A stretch of 64,000 nt of DNA, from positions 24,738,001 to 24,802,000 of the forward strand of contig CM074517.1 in the NCBI GenBank assembly GCA_037379345.1. Reading direction: 5' to 3'. Position numbers and translations under genes: made by a program. Shown one piece after another: positions 1-12,196 of the stretch; the stretch's first letter is position 1, and the number at the start of each line of letters is the position of its first letter. The notes below the pieces were generated by a model that was given only the letters and a program-made list of their open reading frames with translations, did no database searches and was not told where the DNA came from. The stretch comes from Perna viridis. Taxonomy: Eukaryota.

Positions 1-1449
1 TTATTCCTAGACAACTAAATGGATGCATGTGCAGAATTGCCCAATATAAATAAGGACAGTCCCTCTTCATACATACCCTTTCAAAGAAGAATATAGATCA
101 CATCACTCATAAGTTTATAATATAATGCACTGTAGTGGTATCCGAAACTAAAATTACAACATATGAAGACGGTATTTTAGTCGATCAACAGGACTCATGC
201 ATTATTTGCGAAAATGAAGCACGGAAGCGAGTTTAAAATCTAAATAAACTGCAAGTGCTGGTTTCATGTAATTTCCAGTCTTGTAGTTGAATTCCAGTTA
301 TTTTAATTTGTCATTTTCCGGAAACGAGCATATCCGTCATCTGTTTTAATAATTATTGTAACTTTTTGCGAATTTTGTTAAAAAATGCATCAATTTTGAT
401 ATTACACATTCATGTTTTTTTCAAAGGTGAATGTTAGTTTTGACTAACTGGAACGATTAAAGAGAAATTAAAAAGAATTACAAAGAAGGCATTGAATTTG
501 GTGAAAAAAGGGATATAACTCTTTTTTTTTTTCTATACAAAATTTAGTTGCTGTCTTAGGAAACTGAGAAATAATTTTCTTAGGCATCTATTGTCAATTT
601 TAGAAAATATTTTTACTTTTTGACATACATATACAAACATCACACTGGAGCAAAGAATTTAAAAAATGATACAATTAACTATGTGCCAACCAAATCATAG
701 GAACTGCGTGATTTCTAAATGACAGTATCTTAACATTTTAATGTGACGAAAAGACGTTTTTTTAAAAATTAACTAAGCCATTTGAATTTTACTAAAATCC
801 GTATGGTAGGCTACAGTAGTGATTACAATGTACTTACCATTCCTAGAAATAAGTCTTAAATTTTGACATTATACATTGTTGATAGTTTAAGCTGCACCAT
901 GACAGGAAAAGTACGAACTCGATTTGAAAGACGGTATGATTGTTTTGGTTTCTGGAATTATCTATGATATGATATCAGACCCCAACTCTCACTTAATCTA
1001 AATAAAAAAATATAGTAGGGATACAAGTTTATCCAAACTAATGACGGTTGTATAGTGTGTTTCAATATTTTTTTCATTATTGAACTTTCTGCGTTTTAAA
1101 ATTAAAAAAAAACTTACCTTTGATTTCTGTTAACATGTTTATCAAGACATCGGTACTGAACACCTTGTAATTATACCACGTGAAAACCCAAGTCTCATGA
1201 ATATACTACTTCTGAATTGGAATAACGTTTGTGTAATTAATACCTATGTTATATATTTCCCACTCGTGATTTAATATTTAGACGCTGTTTAGGACACTTC
1301 TTCAATTACAAGGAATATGATCTTGATAACGTCTGGTTAAAATGACATTTATTTTTAATATTTTAAACCAAATAATATTACCAAAAAAAAAAAAAACAAC
1401 AAAAAAACAACAAAAAAACGAATTACCGTTAAACCCACCTAAGTGATTT

Positions 1450-1720
1450 TGCTTGGGTCTCAACGACTGGTAATGATTTTCAGAAATATGGCATAATATC
1501 AAAATGTTATGCTGGAATTACCACTGTTAATCCACATCATTCTGTTGTTTATATTTGAATCTGGAGTGCTTGTAACCACCTGAATTTCAATTCTAAGGTA
1601 TGAGGCCAATGCCATCACCATTACATGATCTGCCCACTCGCCATTTCTGGACATTCTTTCCAGATATAACGTTGTCACCATTTCCACACAGTCTTTTAAT
1701 TCAACCAAACCATCATTCCT
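1450..1720 (-). pseudogene. Frameshifted OTU-like cysteine protease domain fragment (pseudo-exon)
   Basis: ORF 1499-1708 reads YLERMSRNGEWADHVMVMALASYLRIEIQVVTS, resembling OTU helices and the W-A/G-D motif. After a frameshift near 1500 it continues LILCHISENHYQSL (OTU His loop, HY.SL). Candidate acceptor ctttttaaag just upstream of 1720. No catalytic Cys segment is seen. Confidence 0.65.
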
Positions 1721-1895
1721 CTTTAAAAAGTAAAGGCTTTATTATATAGTGATGGCCTAAATGACGTATTAACTTGACTGTTTGGCAGAACCTGCCTTAC
1801 ATTATATACAATTGTTTTAGTAGAAAAGATAAAGGATAAGCATCCAGGAGATAAAGCTAAATTTAAAAAAAAAACAAAATATCAAATATATATTC

Positions 1896-4126
1896 CTTTA
1901 CCATAGATTTCTAAGTGTAGGTCAAGATATGAGGCTGACTTCACAGTGTCTGTAGTATCCTTTATCTCAAGTTCTTTAGGGTAGATGCGATGCATCAAAT
2001 CCCCGAAATTAGGATTGTTTAAAGATAATACGTCATCTATATAGCGGAAACTGAGATTAAAGGATCTAGCTAAACGATATTCTTTCTTTCGGATCAGATC
2101 AGCTATGAAGTCAGCCTCATAAGAGTGAAGAAAAAAGTCAGAAGATAAAGGAGCACAATTTGTTCCCATTGGAATACCGACCGATTGTTGAAAAACGCGT
2201 CCACCACTCTGGACAAATATGTTGTTGATTAGAAATTCCAGCATTTTGTAAACCTCTTCCTCTGTATATTTGGAAGATGATTTGGAATTATTTCTTATAA
2301 AGTGTGAGGAATCTCTACCAAGAACTATATATTTGTATCTAGGTGTACCATCTTTTTTGGAAAAAAAACAACGATGTATAATGTTTTTAAGTCGGGATTT
2401 TAACTGAGTATGGAGAATAGAAGTATACAGGATCCACATTGAATTAATACCACTACAGGAGTAACAAGTGTTGTGGTAGGACTGTAGACCCTCTTTGACA
2501 GTTGTTGGTATAGAAGTTAAAAGTTTTGAAAGAGGTTTGATGGTGCATTTTGCAGATCAAGCTATGGTCTCACTAACCACTTCTTGGTCAAATGGCCACC
2601 CCCGTATGTAGTACCAAAAACACACTGAACCTAGACATATGCATTGTAAGTGAATTATCTGTGTGTATTATGATTAAAAGTAGTCAAAATAAAGCTGAGA
2701 ATGTGTACTTTAAAATCATATATGTAATTAACTACAAAAGTATATGAATATTGTTTACATGTATGAGTAATTTGCCTCCATGCTGTCAGTTAGCAGAACA
2801 GGTAAAAATGTGGATTTTCAGTATTATTTATTCAAGTAAATTTTGTGGAGAATTTCTACAATCATCGTACCATTAGCATGATTTTGGAAGCCTTGTTTTC
2901 TAAGCTTCGCAACGGTATGCAACTTTAAGATGTCATTTGTTCTGGGAATTCACAGTGAGACTTTTTTAACATGTAAAGTAATGGAAACGTTAGAAATGGT
3001 TAGTGAGACCTATGAAACGTTGTTTGTATGGATTCTTGTATGGAGTTTAGGAATCCAGTACATAGACGGTAAAACACAATCATCGTCCTGGGTAGAGAGA
3101 CCATAAGAGGATGGCACAGATTTATGGTTTTCCACAATCTCTTCTTTGGAGAGTGTGGTAGCATCAATGGAGACATCATGTAACTTAGGTGACGTATAGT
3201 GGCGATGGTCATGACTCCTTTCCCATCTTGGATTTTTGTCAAATAAATTAATCACATTTATGCCATTGTTATATTGGCTTGAAAGGTTTCCTATACTTTT
3301 GATGTTGTCATTGCATCCGCAAGGTATTGCAGTACCTAGTCTGCGTATCCAGTACTCCTCTCTTTCCCTGCGATAATTTTTACTTAGAACGGGACTGTTC
3401 GTAGGATGGTAATTTTTTTCTAAAATACGAACGTTCATAGAGAGAATTGAATGATCTTGTTGATTAAAGTGACAAACAGTAGGGGATTTGGTAGTGTTAA
3501 TTCCCGAACGATGACCGCACATCTTTTGTTTAATAGTTCTTGCGTTTCTCCGACATATACAAAACCACATAAGTTGCATTCTGATCAATGTATTAAGTTT
3601 GTTGATATGCAACTTAAGTCATCGTGACTTCTTATATGGAAGGTTTTGTTTGTAAGGGAACTGTAGAAGTAAGGGTCTGTTATAAGAATGTTGCATGTTT
3701 TGCAATTTTTAATACCACATTTTGATATCGTTGTAGTCGAATATATCATTTAAAGTGATGGAACATGGTTTGATAATTTTGAAATAGTTAGAATTTTTGT
3801 GCTGGAAGAGCTGGTCTGCAGACTGAACGAGTTATTGGGTACTTTTAGTTGAATTGGTTGGAGCACTTTCCATACCAGACGTGAGCGTGCTAAGATTCCC
3901 ATCTGGGGACACCACTTTCTTACAAGACAACAGAGTGTCCGATCTGCTGTCAGGTTTGGACCTTTTTACACTGGGCAACATCCGAGCCAGTTTTTACTTT
4001 CATTCCTCTTGTTAAAACCATTATTTTTTGAAAATTGTATTACCGGGTTGATGATCCACCAGCAGAGGTATCGACCCAGTGGTGTGAAAGAGTAATCAAG
4101 GGAAGCAAGGTTATAGCGGTAATCAA
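1896..4126 (-). mobile_element. Penelope-like retroelement, Naiad-type order (N-terminal GIY-YIG, C-terminal RT), decayed, internally deleted and 3'-truncated
   Basis: Minus strand, 5' to 3': CGIKNCKTC Zn-knuckle (~3720-3690), then NLIH*SECNLCGFVYVGET (GIY-YIG, ~3600-3545), then GHRSGIN..HFNQQDHS..RREREEYWIRRLGT..PCGCND. This is followed by RT segments LPSMYWIPKLH, RFIA, QSVGIPMGTNCAP, FRYIDDVL and ASYLDL. EN and RT are fused at ~3165. A copy of the element's 3'-terminal unit lies immediately upstream of the 5' end (4090-4126), a pLTR-like arrangement. Confidence 0.9.
2566..3010. mobile_element. Non-autonomous TIR element (MITE, PIF/Harbinger-like) inserted in the Naiad RT
   Basis: 19-bp TIRs GGTCTCACTAACCA(C/T)TTCT at 2566-2584 and 2992-3010, with a 3-bp TAT duplication at 2563-2565 and 3011-3013. 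Removing it restores the RT codons RFIA. The superfamily is inferred from the GG termini and 3-bp TSD only. Confidence 0.85.
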
Positions 4127-4189
4127 CATGATATCATATATCACCAAATTGTTAAATATTACGCAATGTTAGGCTACTTCTTAAAGGCA

Positions 4190-7100
4190 AAAGGCTGGGA
4201 AATATTCTATGAATCATTCTTATTTGTTGACAACTATTGTAACCTAAGTTTTTTTTTACAGTTCGAAAAAAAATTTGCTATTGCTTTTATTTATGTAATG
4301 AAATCAAAGATTGTCAGGGTCCAAGCGGTATAAATCAATGATTGTCAGGGTCCAAGCGGTATAAATCAAGGATTGTCAGGGTCTAAGCGGTATAAATCAA
4401 GGGTTGCCAGGGTCTAAGCGGTATCAGGGAATATATTTAACATTATTTTTTAAAGCATTCTCTGCTTGTTGTCTTTAACATTAGAAACAGATTTAAAAAA
4501 AAACTTTTCTTCATGACCACATCACCCCAGTTAGCAAGGTTTCTATAAAGTCTTGTGATAATTTACATATAGGATTTCAAGCAAATGAAATTCAATGCAA
4601 TATGATCGAGGAACTTTTGAATGACCTTATCATTAAGAAAAGAAAGCTTTATACGCAAAAAGAAAGGGGGTCTTACTACTGATAAATTAAACGTGAGTCT
4701 TTTGCTCTCACAGTAGGTGAAGATGTGATATAGACTCACAAGAGTACATGGTGAGTTGTATGTCAAGGCTAACTTTATATGTGCAATGGAGATAGTCAGC
4801 AAACCGACGAGCTTCAATGGTTTTACATTATATACATCACAAAAAGCAGGACAAGAAAACTTGAGCAAATGCTTGATATTAGAGGGATCCTTTGAATAAT
4901 ACATGTAGTTCTGAATTTCCGTGATTTAAAACATACTTTTTTCGTTTGTTGGTATTTTACCGCAGTTTTATTAGAGGTCTTGCTGCTATTTTATGTATTT
5001 TGGGTAACTTGATCTTATTTGTTCTCTGCCGTGTCATAGTGAAAATGTCAAGACAAAAAACAAACAGAAAACAAAACAAAACAAAATATTTTAAATCAGC
5101 ATCTCAGGTATCGTTATTGCATTCTACAGCGGGTTTTTTATTTTTTTTTTTCTGAAGCCGAGTTGTACATTAATGCACACAGATGTATTGATGTCTATAT
5201 TTGGTATGTTGTTTCATGTTTCTTTCTTTTCATCCATGGCCTTTTATAATATCGTTTGTTCACAGTGTGGTTACCCTTGATTCGCTTTTTAGAAGCTAAC
5301 AATACGGCGAAAACAGTCTACAATTTACAAAGAAACCTATCTATACAAAAGTACAAGCGAAAACTGGGTGTACCTTTGTGGAAGGCACTATTTTTATAGT
5401 TTTTATGAAAAAGCCAGATACACGTGCCATGTCTAAAGGTTAACGAGTGAACCTATCCTATCTGTCTCATCTTTTCCTCATAATTGAAATGAATATGTCA
5501 TACGCTAGATGTGTCCTATGTAAAACCTCTTAAACGGAGATTTTGAACTCTAGAAGTTACATATAGTACCCCTTAAACGTCATCAAAAGAAATTATTCAC
5601 TTTGGAGTCATGATATATTTTATTTCTACACAAGTTGTCCTGTCATTCCATTGGGAATTATAAAAGAAGAATAACCACGCCTATCAGTTGGTTGTCCAAT
5701 CCATTTTTTCTGTGAACTTTGTTATAATGTGAATGTTCAACTATCAGACCTTATGTGGATTGGCTGTAGTTTTATCGCCAGTCCCCTTTAAATAAGATTT
5801 AATTTTGTTCTTTTAAAATTAATTTACCTTCATATGCAATACAAATTATTCAATTATGTTCACAAGTTGTCTTTTCATAATGTTAGTTATGACGTTTAAA
5901 TATGATTTATATCACGTGACTTCTAATTTTTTGTGCAACAACTCACAGTCAACAGACTACGAAAGTTTCTATGACTCATTCATATTTGTTGACAACTACT
6001 GAAACCTACGTATTAAACAGTTTGTTGTATTTAATACACGTGTATTGATTTTTAAATAAAACTAAAGATTACCAATGTCAAAGTGGTACCAGAAATATGA
6101 AAATGAAAAATAAAAAAGGAACCCAAAACCTATTCAGAAAACCTGAAGAACGAAACGGAATGGTCGATTATTTCAAAAAGCTTCATATCATTTCTGGGAA
6201 ATTCCACGAAGTTGTTTCTCTCATGCGTGGTAGTCTATAAAATAGGAAAATCGAATAAGGTAAGATTGTCCTCATGCCACATTATATTAGTCGGCAAGGT
6301 ATTGATGGTTTCCTTAGAGTTTTTAGTTTGGAAAATATAATTTTCAAAACAATCATAATAATCTTATTGCATTATACATGATCGAAAAGCTTTTAAATAA
6401 CATAATCACTTATCAATGAAAACTTCATACACGGGAAGAAAAAAACTGGTCATGAGTTTTCACCTTTCGATGATATCTATGAGAGGGTAAAAATTCAATC
6501 CATTTGTAATGATATATGGAAATGATAAAAAAATGTATGACGCTTTAATGACAATTCATATAGCGTGATATATGAGAATTTGAACAAATGCTTTTCTTTA
6601 AATCGTATTTTCAAGGAGATCTGAAAGACATTCGGTCTCATTTAAACAAAACAAATTAACAAACAAACAAAACAAAACAAAACAAAAAAAACGATAGGTG
6701 TAAGAGGTCTATAAATATTCAGGGCTTTTGAATCACAGACGAAGTTCTAAATTTCCATGTTTTAACATACTTCTTTTTTTCGGGGGCTGGCAAATGCAAA
6801 AAAAAATATTACGACAGGAATCTGAAAAAAATTGGCCCTGATTTTATTTCTATAACGTAATCAACATTTTTTGTATTTTATGTTTTTCATAACTGGTATG
6901 GGGAGATAATAATGCGGTCTGGAAGATTCAAAAATTGCTAAAAAATGAATCATTTGAAATCAGCACCTACTAGGAAGTAAGTTTTATTCTACAGTGGGTT
7001 TTCCACAATTAACCTCAGTTGTTTTACATGACAACGGGGTTGCACACTTAGATTTAAATGATTTGTATGTTGTTTGCTTGCTTTTTATGTGTATTGCTTT

Positions 7101-7370
7101 GTTCCGTCCATGGCCATTGGTTATATTCTTCGTTCAAAATGTCATTGCACTTGATTTCATTTTATAGAGACATCGCGTTGGTTGTTAACGTCATTTACTG
7201 CGGTGAACTAAATAAGAGAGATAAGTACAGACGGTAAACATTTTCGTTGCCAATAGAGAACGTCATTGATATTATCCAGGGAATGATTACATAGGAACAA
7301 ACGTATGGCAAATCAAAACCGCAGAAAGAAACAACCTTTTCTACAACATATCCGGAGGAAACTTAAAGTA
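4190..7370. repeat. Old local tandem duplication (~4190-5365 vs ~5950-7370)
   Basis: Collinear diverged blocks at 4200/5960 (ttctatga.tcattc.tatttgttgacaacta), 4900/6740 (agttct.aatttcc.tg.ttt.a.catactt), 5095/6957 (aaatcagca..ttctacag.gggtttt) and 5232/7105 (tccatggcc). Confidence 0.7.
4301..4424. repeat. 31-bp minisatellite, 4 copies
   Basis: AAATCAA(a/t/g)GATTGTCAGGGTC(C/T)AAGCGGTAT units start at 4301, 4332, 4363 and 4394. Confidence 0.95.
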
Positions 7371-9459
7371 TTTGCTCAAAACTATCTCGTAACGTTAAAT
7401 GTCATATTTTGTTAAATTTTAGATGCACATTATTTTAATATATGTGCAGATGTCTTTAAAAAGAATAATTGTCAGATATATCTAACAGTTGCTTTAGAAT
7501 GGAAATAGCTATATTTGTGTAGTATTTGAGGATATTTAAATCCAATAAAGTCATCTTCTGATTGTAATTGTGCGTAGATTTGATAAGGAACTGGTAACGA
7601 GGCCATTTATAAAAGATCTGAATCAATACCTAGAGATCCGGTCAAACGTTCATTTAATTAGGGGATATGTGGCCGTTTGGGTTTTGTTACACTGTTACCC
7701 AACATTTTTTTTTAATTATTTGGAATAGATTCATAATGTGTTTTTTTATATTTTGATGTTTTGCATCCGCAAAATCATAACCTTTTCTTATTGTTTACCT
7801 TGAAGATATCGTGTGAGTTAAACTTTAGGATATAATGTGGCCATTGATGATATAACTGGTAAGCAAACTTTATGAACCAAATATATATTTTGATGGCTGT
7901 CACTTCCAATTGACATAATGTCTAGCTGGAATGTGTGATTGATCCATCAAAGCCGCACAGTTCACGCTTGAATTGATATGATAGGATGACAACATCTGAA
8001 AATCTAGAAAAAAACTAGGCAACATCAGCTGTATTTCTAGCTTGTAGATCACAATTGTGTGTTTGTTTTTGTTCTTCTTGTCATTAAAAAGATGGTATCT
8101 CTGTCATGAACAAAAAAGTATTACAAAAATGTATGACTCAAGTGGAAACTCGCAGCTTGGACAAGGTGCATCGAAAAGCTGAGCATGCTCAGTTTTTTCC
8201 AGAAACAACCGCTGATTTGCATATAAAATGCAATATCCGGGCTCGACGAAAGAGGAAAAGAAATTTATGACACGGTGCAAAAAAATGGATTCTCATGTTG
8301 CAGATGGATACGTGTGTAGTAACCACCATAAACATTTTGCATTGATTACTTTATTATTCTTGCAATATAAGATTCAAAGACAGAAAATACATTCAAAATA
8401 ATGAGAACATACATTTAAAAACTTAAATGGATAAGTTATTCATCCCAATGGACATATCAAGATGGTTAAGCAATAGAGTAAGAAATTGAATTGACTGTCG
8501 AATATTTGATTGTTAATACATAACAAATAACAAAGTTAAAATGATGCAAATTTACTACGTTCTACAAATGAACAGATACTAATTTCAAAGAATGATTTCA
8601 TGAATAATGCTGTGTCAAAAGTAGCATCATATTTGCAAATTTTTCCACATGGAATTAAACCATCAGTGTGTAGAAAATGTTTGCTTTCGTGAATTCCTTA
8701 AATATTCATTAGTTGTTGCTTACCTAATATCGTGTCTTTCCTGTACCGTTTAACCTGCATTTTGAGGTATTCAATTTGGTTAATGTCATAGAGTTTTGGA
8801 CCAAATGATAGAAAACCCAGACAGTTATGATACATTTAAAAGAGATATTGAGTTCTGGAGACTAAATATATTGTCTATAATAGTAAGTATCAATAAATTC
8901 TTCGCATGTTTATAGTTTGGCAGTTTTTGGGCGATAGTGTATTTAAATATCAGTTACTCGTCTGCCTTTTTTGTTGTACACTATTCGAGACTTCGCCTTA
9001 CACTATGCTTTTCAAAAATGAACTTTATCAAATTCTTTTAAAATTACATATATTTGTTACATGTACAGAGTTTGTAAATTGAATATTTTTGGGACATTCT
9101 TTTGCTTTTGTTTACCGGAATTCGAAAAGTTTTTTTATATTAATTTTATATTTGTCATCACTGATGTTTTACATTGAAAACAAATTGTTTAATGCAAGGT
9201 GTATCATACCTTGTAAGTAGATATTGACTGAGTGCCAATATTATTATAATAATGATTTATGTTACAACATTTTAACATGCTTTTATCAGCTGATGTACAT
9301 ATGTTATATTAGTATGTGACACACAAATAAATATTATGTCTGCCTGTTTTCTGTCTGTTATGTACAGGTCCATGCTGTTTAATTATAATAGAAAAAAACA
9401 GCTCAATCTAATCTTTGGTAATTGACAAATTCATTGACAACTAAAGGATAAAACAATTG

Positions 9460-10011
9460 GGTAGATCATTACTAATATCTCTAGTAGATAATTCCCCTAG
9501 TTTTTCTTAAAGATGACCTTGAATGAATACACTTTAGAATTTTAATGTAAAAGACATAGGTCACTGAACTTGATTTTAAGATAATGGAGCCAATATTTTA
9601 CTACATTTTATATGGACTCTGTAAGAAATTTCCCAAATTTCGCAAACTTCTATGAAAAAAACTATCAGATAAAATTTCTTATAACTTTATACAAAGAACG
9701 ATTAACTGATATGATTTCATATTTCAAAACGATAATGGGGATCACTGAACTGTTTTTCTTGCAATATTTGAAAAACATTCCCTATTCATTTAAATAGAAC
9801 ATTTTATCGCCACTTATCTCCCTTTAAAAGAGCTTTTTTAAAGTTATGTTTTTAATTTGACGCTTCTAATTTTTATGGGGAAAAATTATTTGAATAATTA
9901 AGATATATTGTATTTTAAATTATTTCGAACATTGTTAGTTTATAGAAAATATATGCCTGCATAGTTTTGCAAGACCGAAAAGAAAGCTCCGTGTAATAGG
10001 TTTGATCTACC
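9460..10011. mobile_element. Non-autonomous TIR element (Kolobok-like)
   Basis: Termini GGTAGATCA and TGATCTACC, with TTAA on the right flank (left flank degenerate). Internal sequence is shared with ~43960-44428. Confidence 0.55.
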
Positions 10012-10146
10012 TTAAAAAGAAAATGGTTTGGAGTATTAAATGTTGTTTCAGATACATGCTTTCAAATACTTTTATTTCTAAACATATATCAAGAGCAAGA
10101 TATTATCAAAAATAAACTTTAATTTCTTTTAACGCATTGTTTAAGG

Positions 10147-11623
10147 GAGTAATCAAGGAAACCAAGGTTCTAGCGGTAATCAAAAGAATGTAATCAAGGG
10201 ACAGGTGCCAGACATTGAAAACAGATATACACAACAAAGAACATAAAGTAACTAAAATAATACATACAGAGTAACAAAAGTAAAGAGCAACACGGACTCC
10301 ACTAACAACTGGGAGCATGGACCAGGTGCACTGATAGGGTAATCGTCCTTTGCTTTTCTAGAAACACCCGCCGAGTTGCTCATAAAAAGGCAAGTCCGGG
10401 GTAGTTGAAAGAGAAAAGGAAAACTATGACACGTTGAACAAATCAGATTCCATGGCTCAGATTGATACACCGTAATAATCCCCGAGTTCATTTTGACGAC
10501 CATAAAACTTCTGTAGTGATGACTTCAATCTTGCAGCAACATAACCCTGTTCCAAAAGCCTATTTGTTAGAAGTGTAGCGCGGTACAAAAAGTCTGCGTA
10601 GTTTCGGCAAGCTCTGGCATAACGTATGATTTGTGATATGAACACTCCGTACGCAGGTGCTGAAGGGATGTTGCCACAGATGAAAGGAATGTTGACGATT
10701 CTGAATGAAGTCATCACGTTTGTTGTAAGGTTTGGTCAATAGTTTTCCTTTACTATCGATTTTTAAGTGTAGGTCAAGATATGAGGCTGAATTCACAGTG
10801 TCTGTAGTATCCTTTATCTCAAGTTATTTGGAATTGATGCGATGTATCAAATCCCCGAAATTAGAATTGTTTAATACGTCATCAATAAAGCGAAAACTGA
10901 GATTAAATGATCTAGCTAAACGATATTCCTTCTTTCGGATCAGATCAGCTATAAAGTCAGCCTCATAAGAGTGAAGGAAATAGGTCAGCAAGTAGTGGAG
11001 CACAATTTGATCCCATTGGAATGCCGACCGTTTGTTGAAACACGCATCCACCACACTGCACAGATATGTTGTCGATTAAAAATTCCAGCATTTTGTAAAC
11101 ATCTTCTGTATATTTAAAAGATGATTTGGAATTGTTTTTACAAAGTATGAGGAATCTCTAATAAGAACTATATGTTTATATCTAGGTGTACCATCTATTT
11201 TTGGAAAAACAACGATGTATAATGTTTCAAAGTCGGTATTTTAACTGAGTACTGGGAATAGAAATATACAGTGTTGAAAAGTCATAGGTTTTAATGCTAT
11301 TATATTCTGATAATAGTCTGGAACTGATGGTCTCCAGAAGATCTTTCGAATTTTTCAAGATCCACACTGAATTAATACCACTACGGGAGTAACAAGTGTT
11401 GTGGTAGGATTGCAGACCCTCTTTGACAGCTGTGAGCATATACATTAAAAGTTTTGAAAGAGGTTTGGTAGTACATTTTGCAGATCCAGCCATGTAACGT
11501 TGTATGGTTTCTTGTGAAGTTTAGGAATTCAGTACATAGACGGTAAATCACAATCATCGTCTTTGGTAGAGAGACCATAAGGGGATAGCACATATTTATG
11601 GTTTTCCACAATCTCTTCTTTGA
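10147..11623 (-). mobile_element. Naiad-type Penelope-like element, 5'-truncated RT plus complete 3' UTR, frameshifted
   Basis: ORF pieces AGSAKCTTKPLSKLL, IKTYDFSTLY, FRFIDDVL, SASYLDL and PAYGVFISQIIRYARAC..SSLQKFYGR, followed directly by the ~280-nt 3' UTR ending CTTGATTACTC. Highly similar to 1896-3165. Confidence 0.92.
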
Positions 11624-11795
11624 AGTTGACAAAGGGAACTGATTGGAAATCAATACATAATATTAATGTAGATAAAAAATGAACGTTAACAAAGGTCTTG
11701 TAATGTTTATTTCACTTAATTTCCAATTTCTGATTTCTATTTTAATTGTCTCATAACAATATTAAGTAGTCTTGTTCCAAAACCATGGTGTTAAG

Positions 11796-12196
11796 GAGTA
11801 ATCAAGGGAACCAAGGTTATAGCAGTAATCAAAGAGTAACCAAGGGAACCAAGGTTATTGCGGTAATCAATGAGTAATCAAGGGAACCGAGGTTATAGCG
11901 GTAATCAAAGAGTAACCAAAGGAACCAAGGTTATAGCGGTAATCAAAGAGTAATCAAGGGAACCAAGGTTATAGCGGTAATCAAAGAGTAAAAAAGGGAA
12001 CCAAGGTTATAGCGGTAATCAAAAGAATGTAATCCAGGGACAAAGACCAGACATGGAAAACAGACATACACAACAAAGAACATAAAGTAACTAAAATCAT
12101 ACATATAAAGTAACAACAGTAAATGAGCAAATCGGACGCCACTAAAAACTGGGAGCATGGACCAGGTGCACCGGTAGGGTAAGCGTCCTCTGCTTT
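11796..12196 (-). mobile_element. Naiad 3'-UTR fragment with six tandem copies of the terminal 38-bp unit
   Basis: GAGTAATCAAGGGAACCAAGGTTATAGCGGTAATCAAA units start at 11796, 11834, 11872, 11910, 11948 and 11986, then ordinary 3' UTR continues to ~12196. Confidence 0.92.

Noticed and set aside
7560-8330. Possible THAP/transposase relic (SIPRDPVKR..CGR at ~7620; YVCSNH at ~8310)
   Set aside because: The motifs are short, far apart and broken by stops; not supportable without a profile search.
11796-12023. 38-bp arrays (also 57415-57642) as CRISPR-like arrays
   Set aside because: Units are contiguous with no unique spacers, are the retroelement's own 3' end, and the DNA is eukaryotic with no cas genes.
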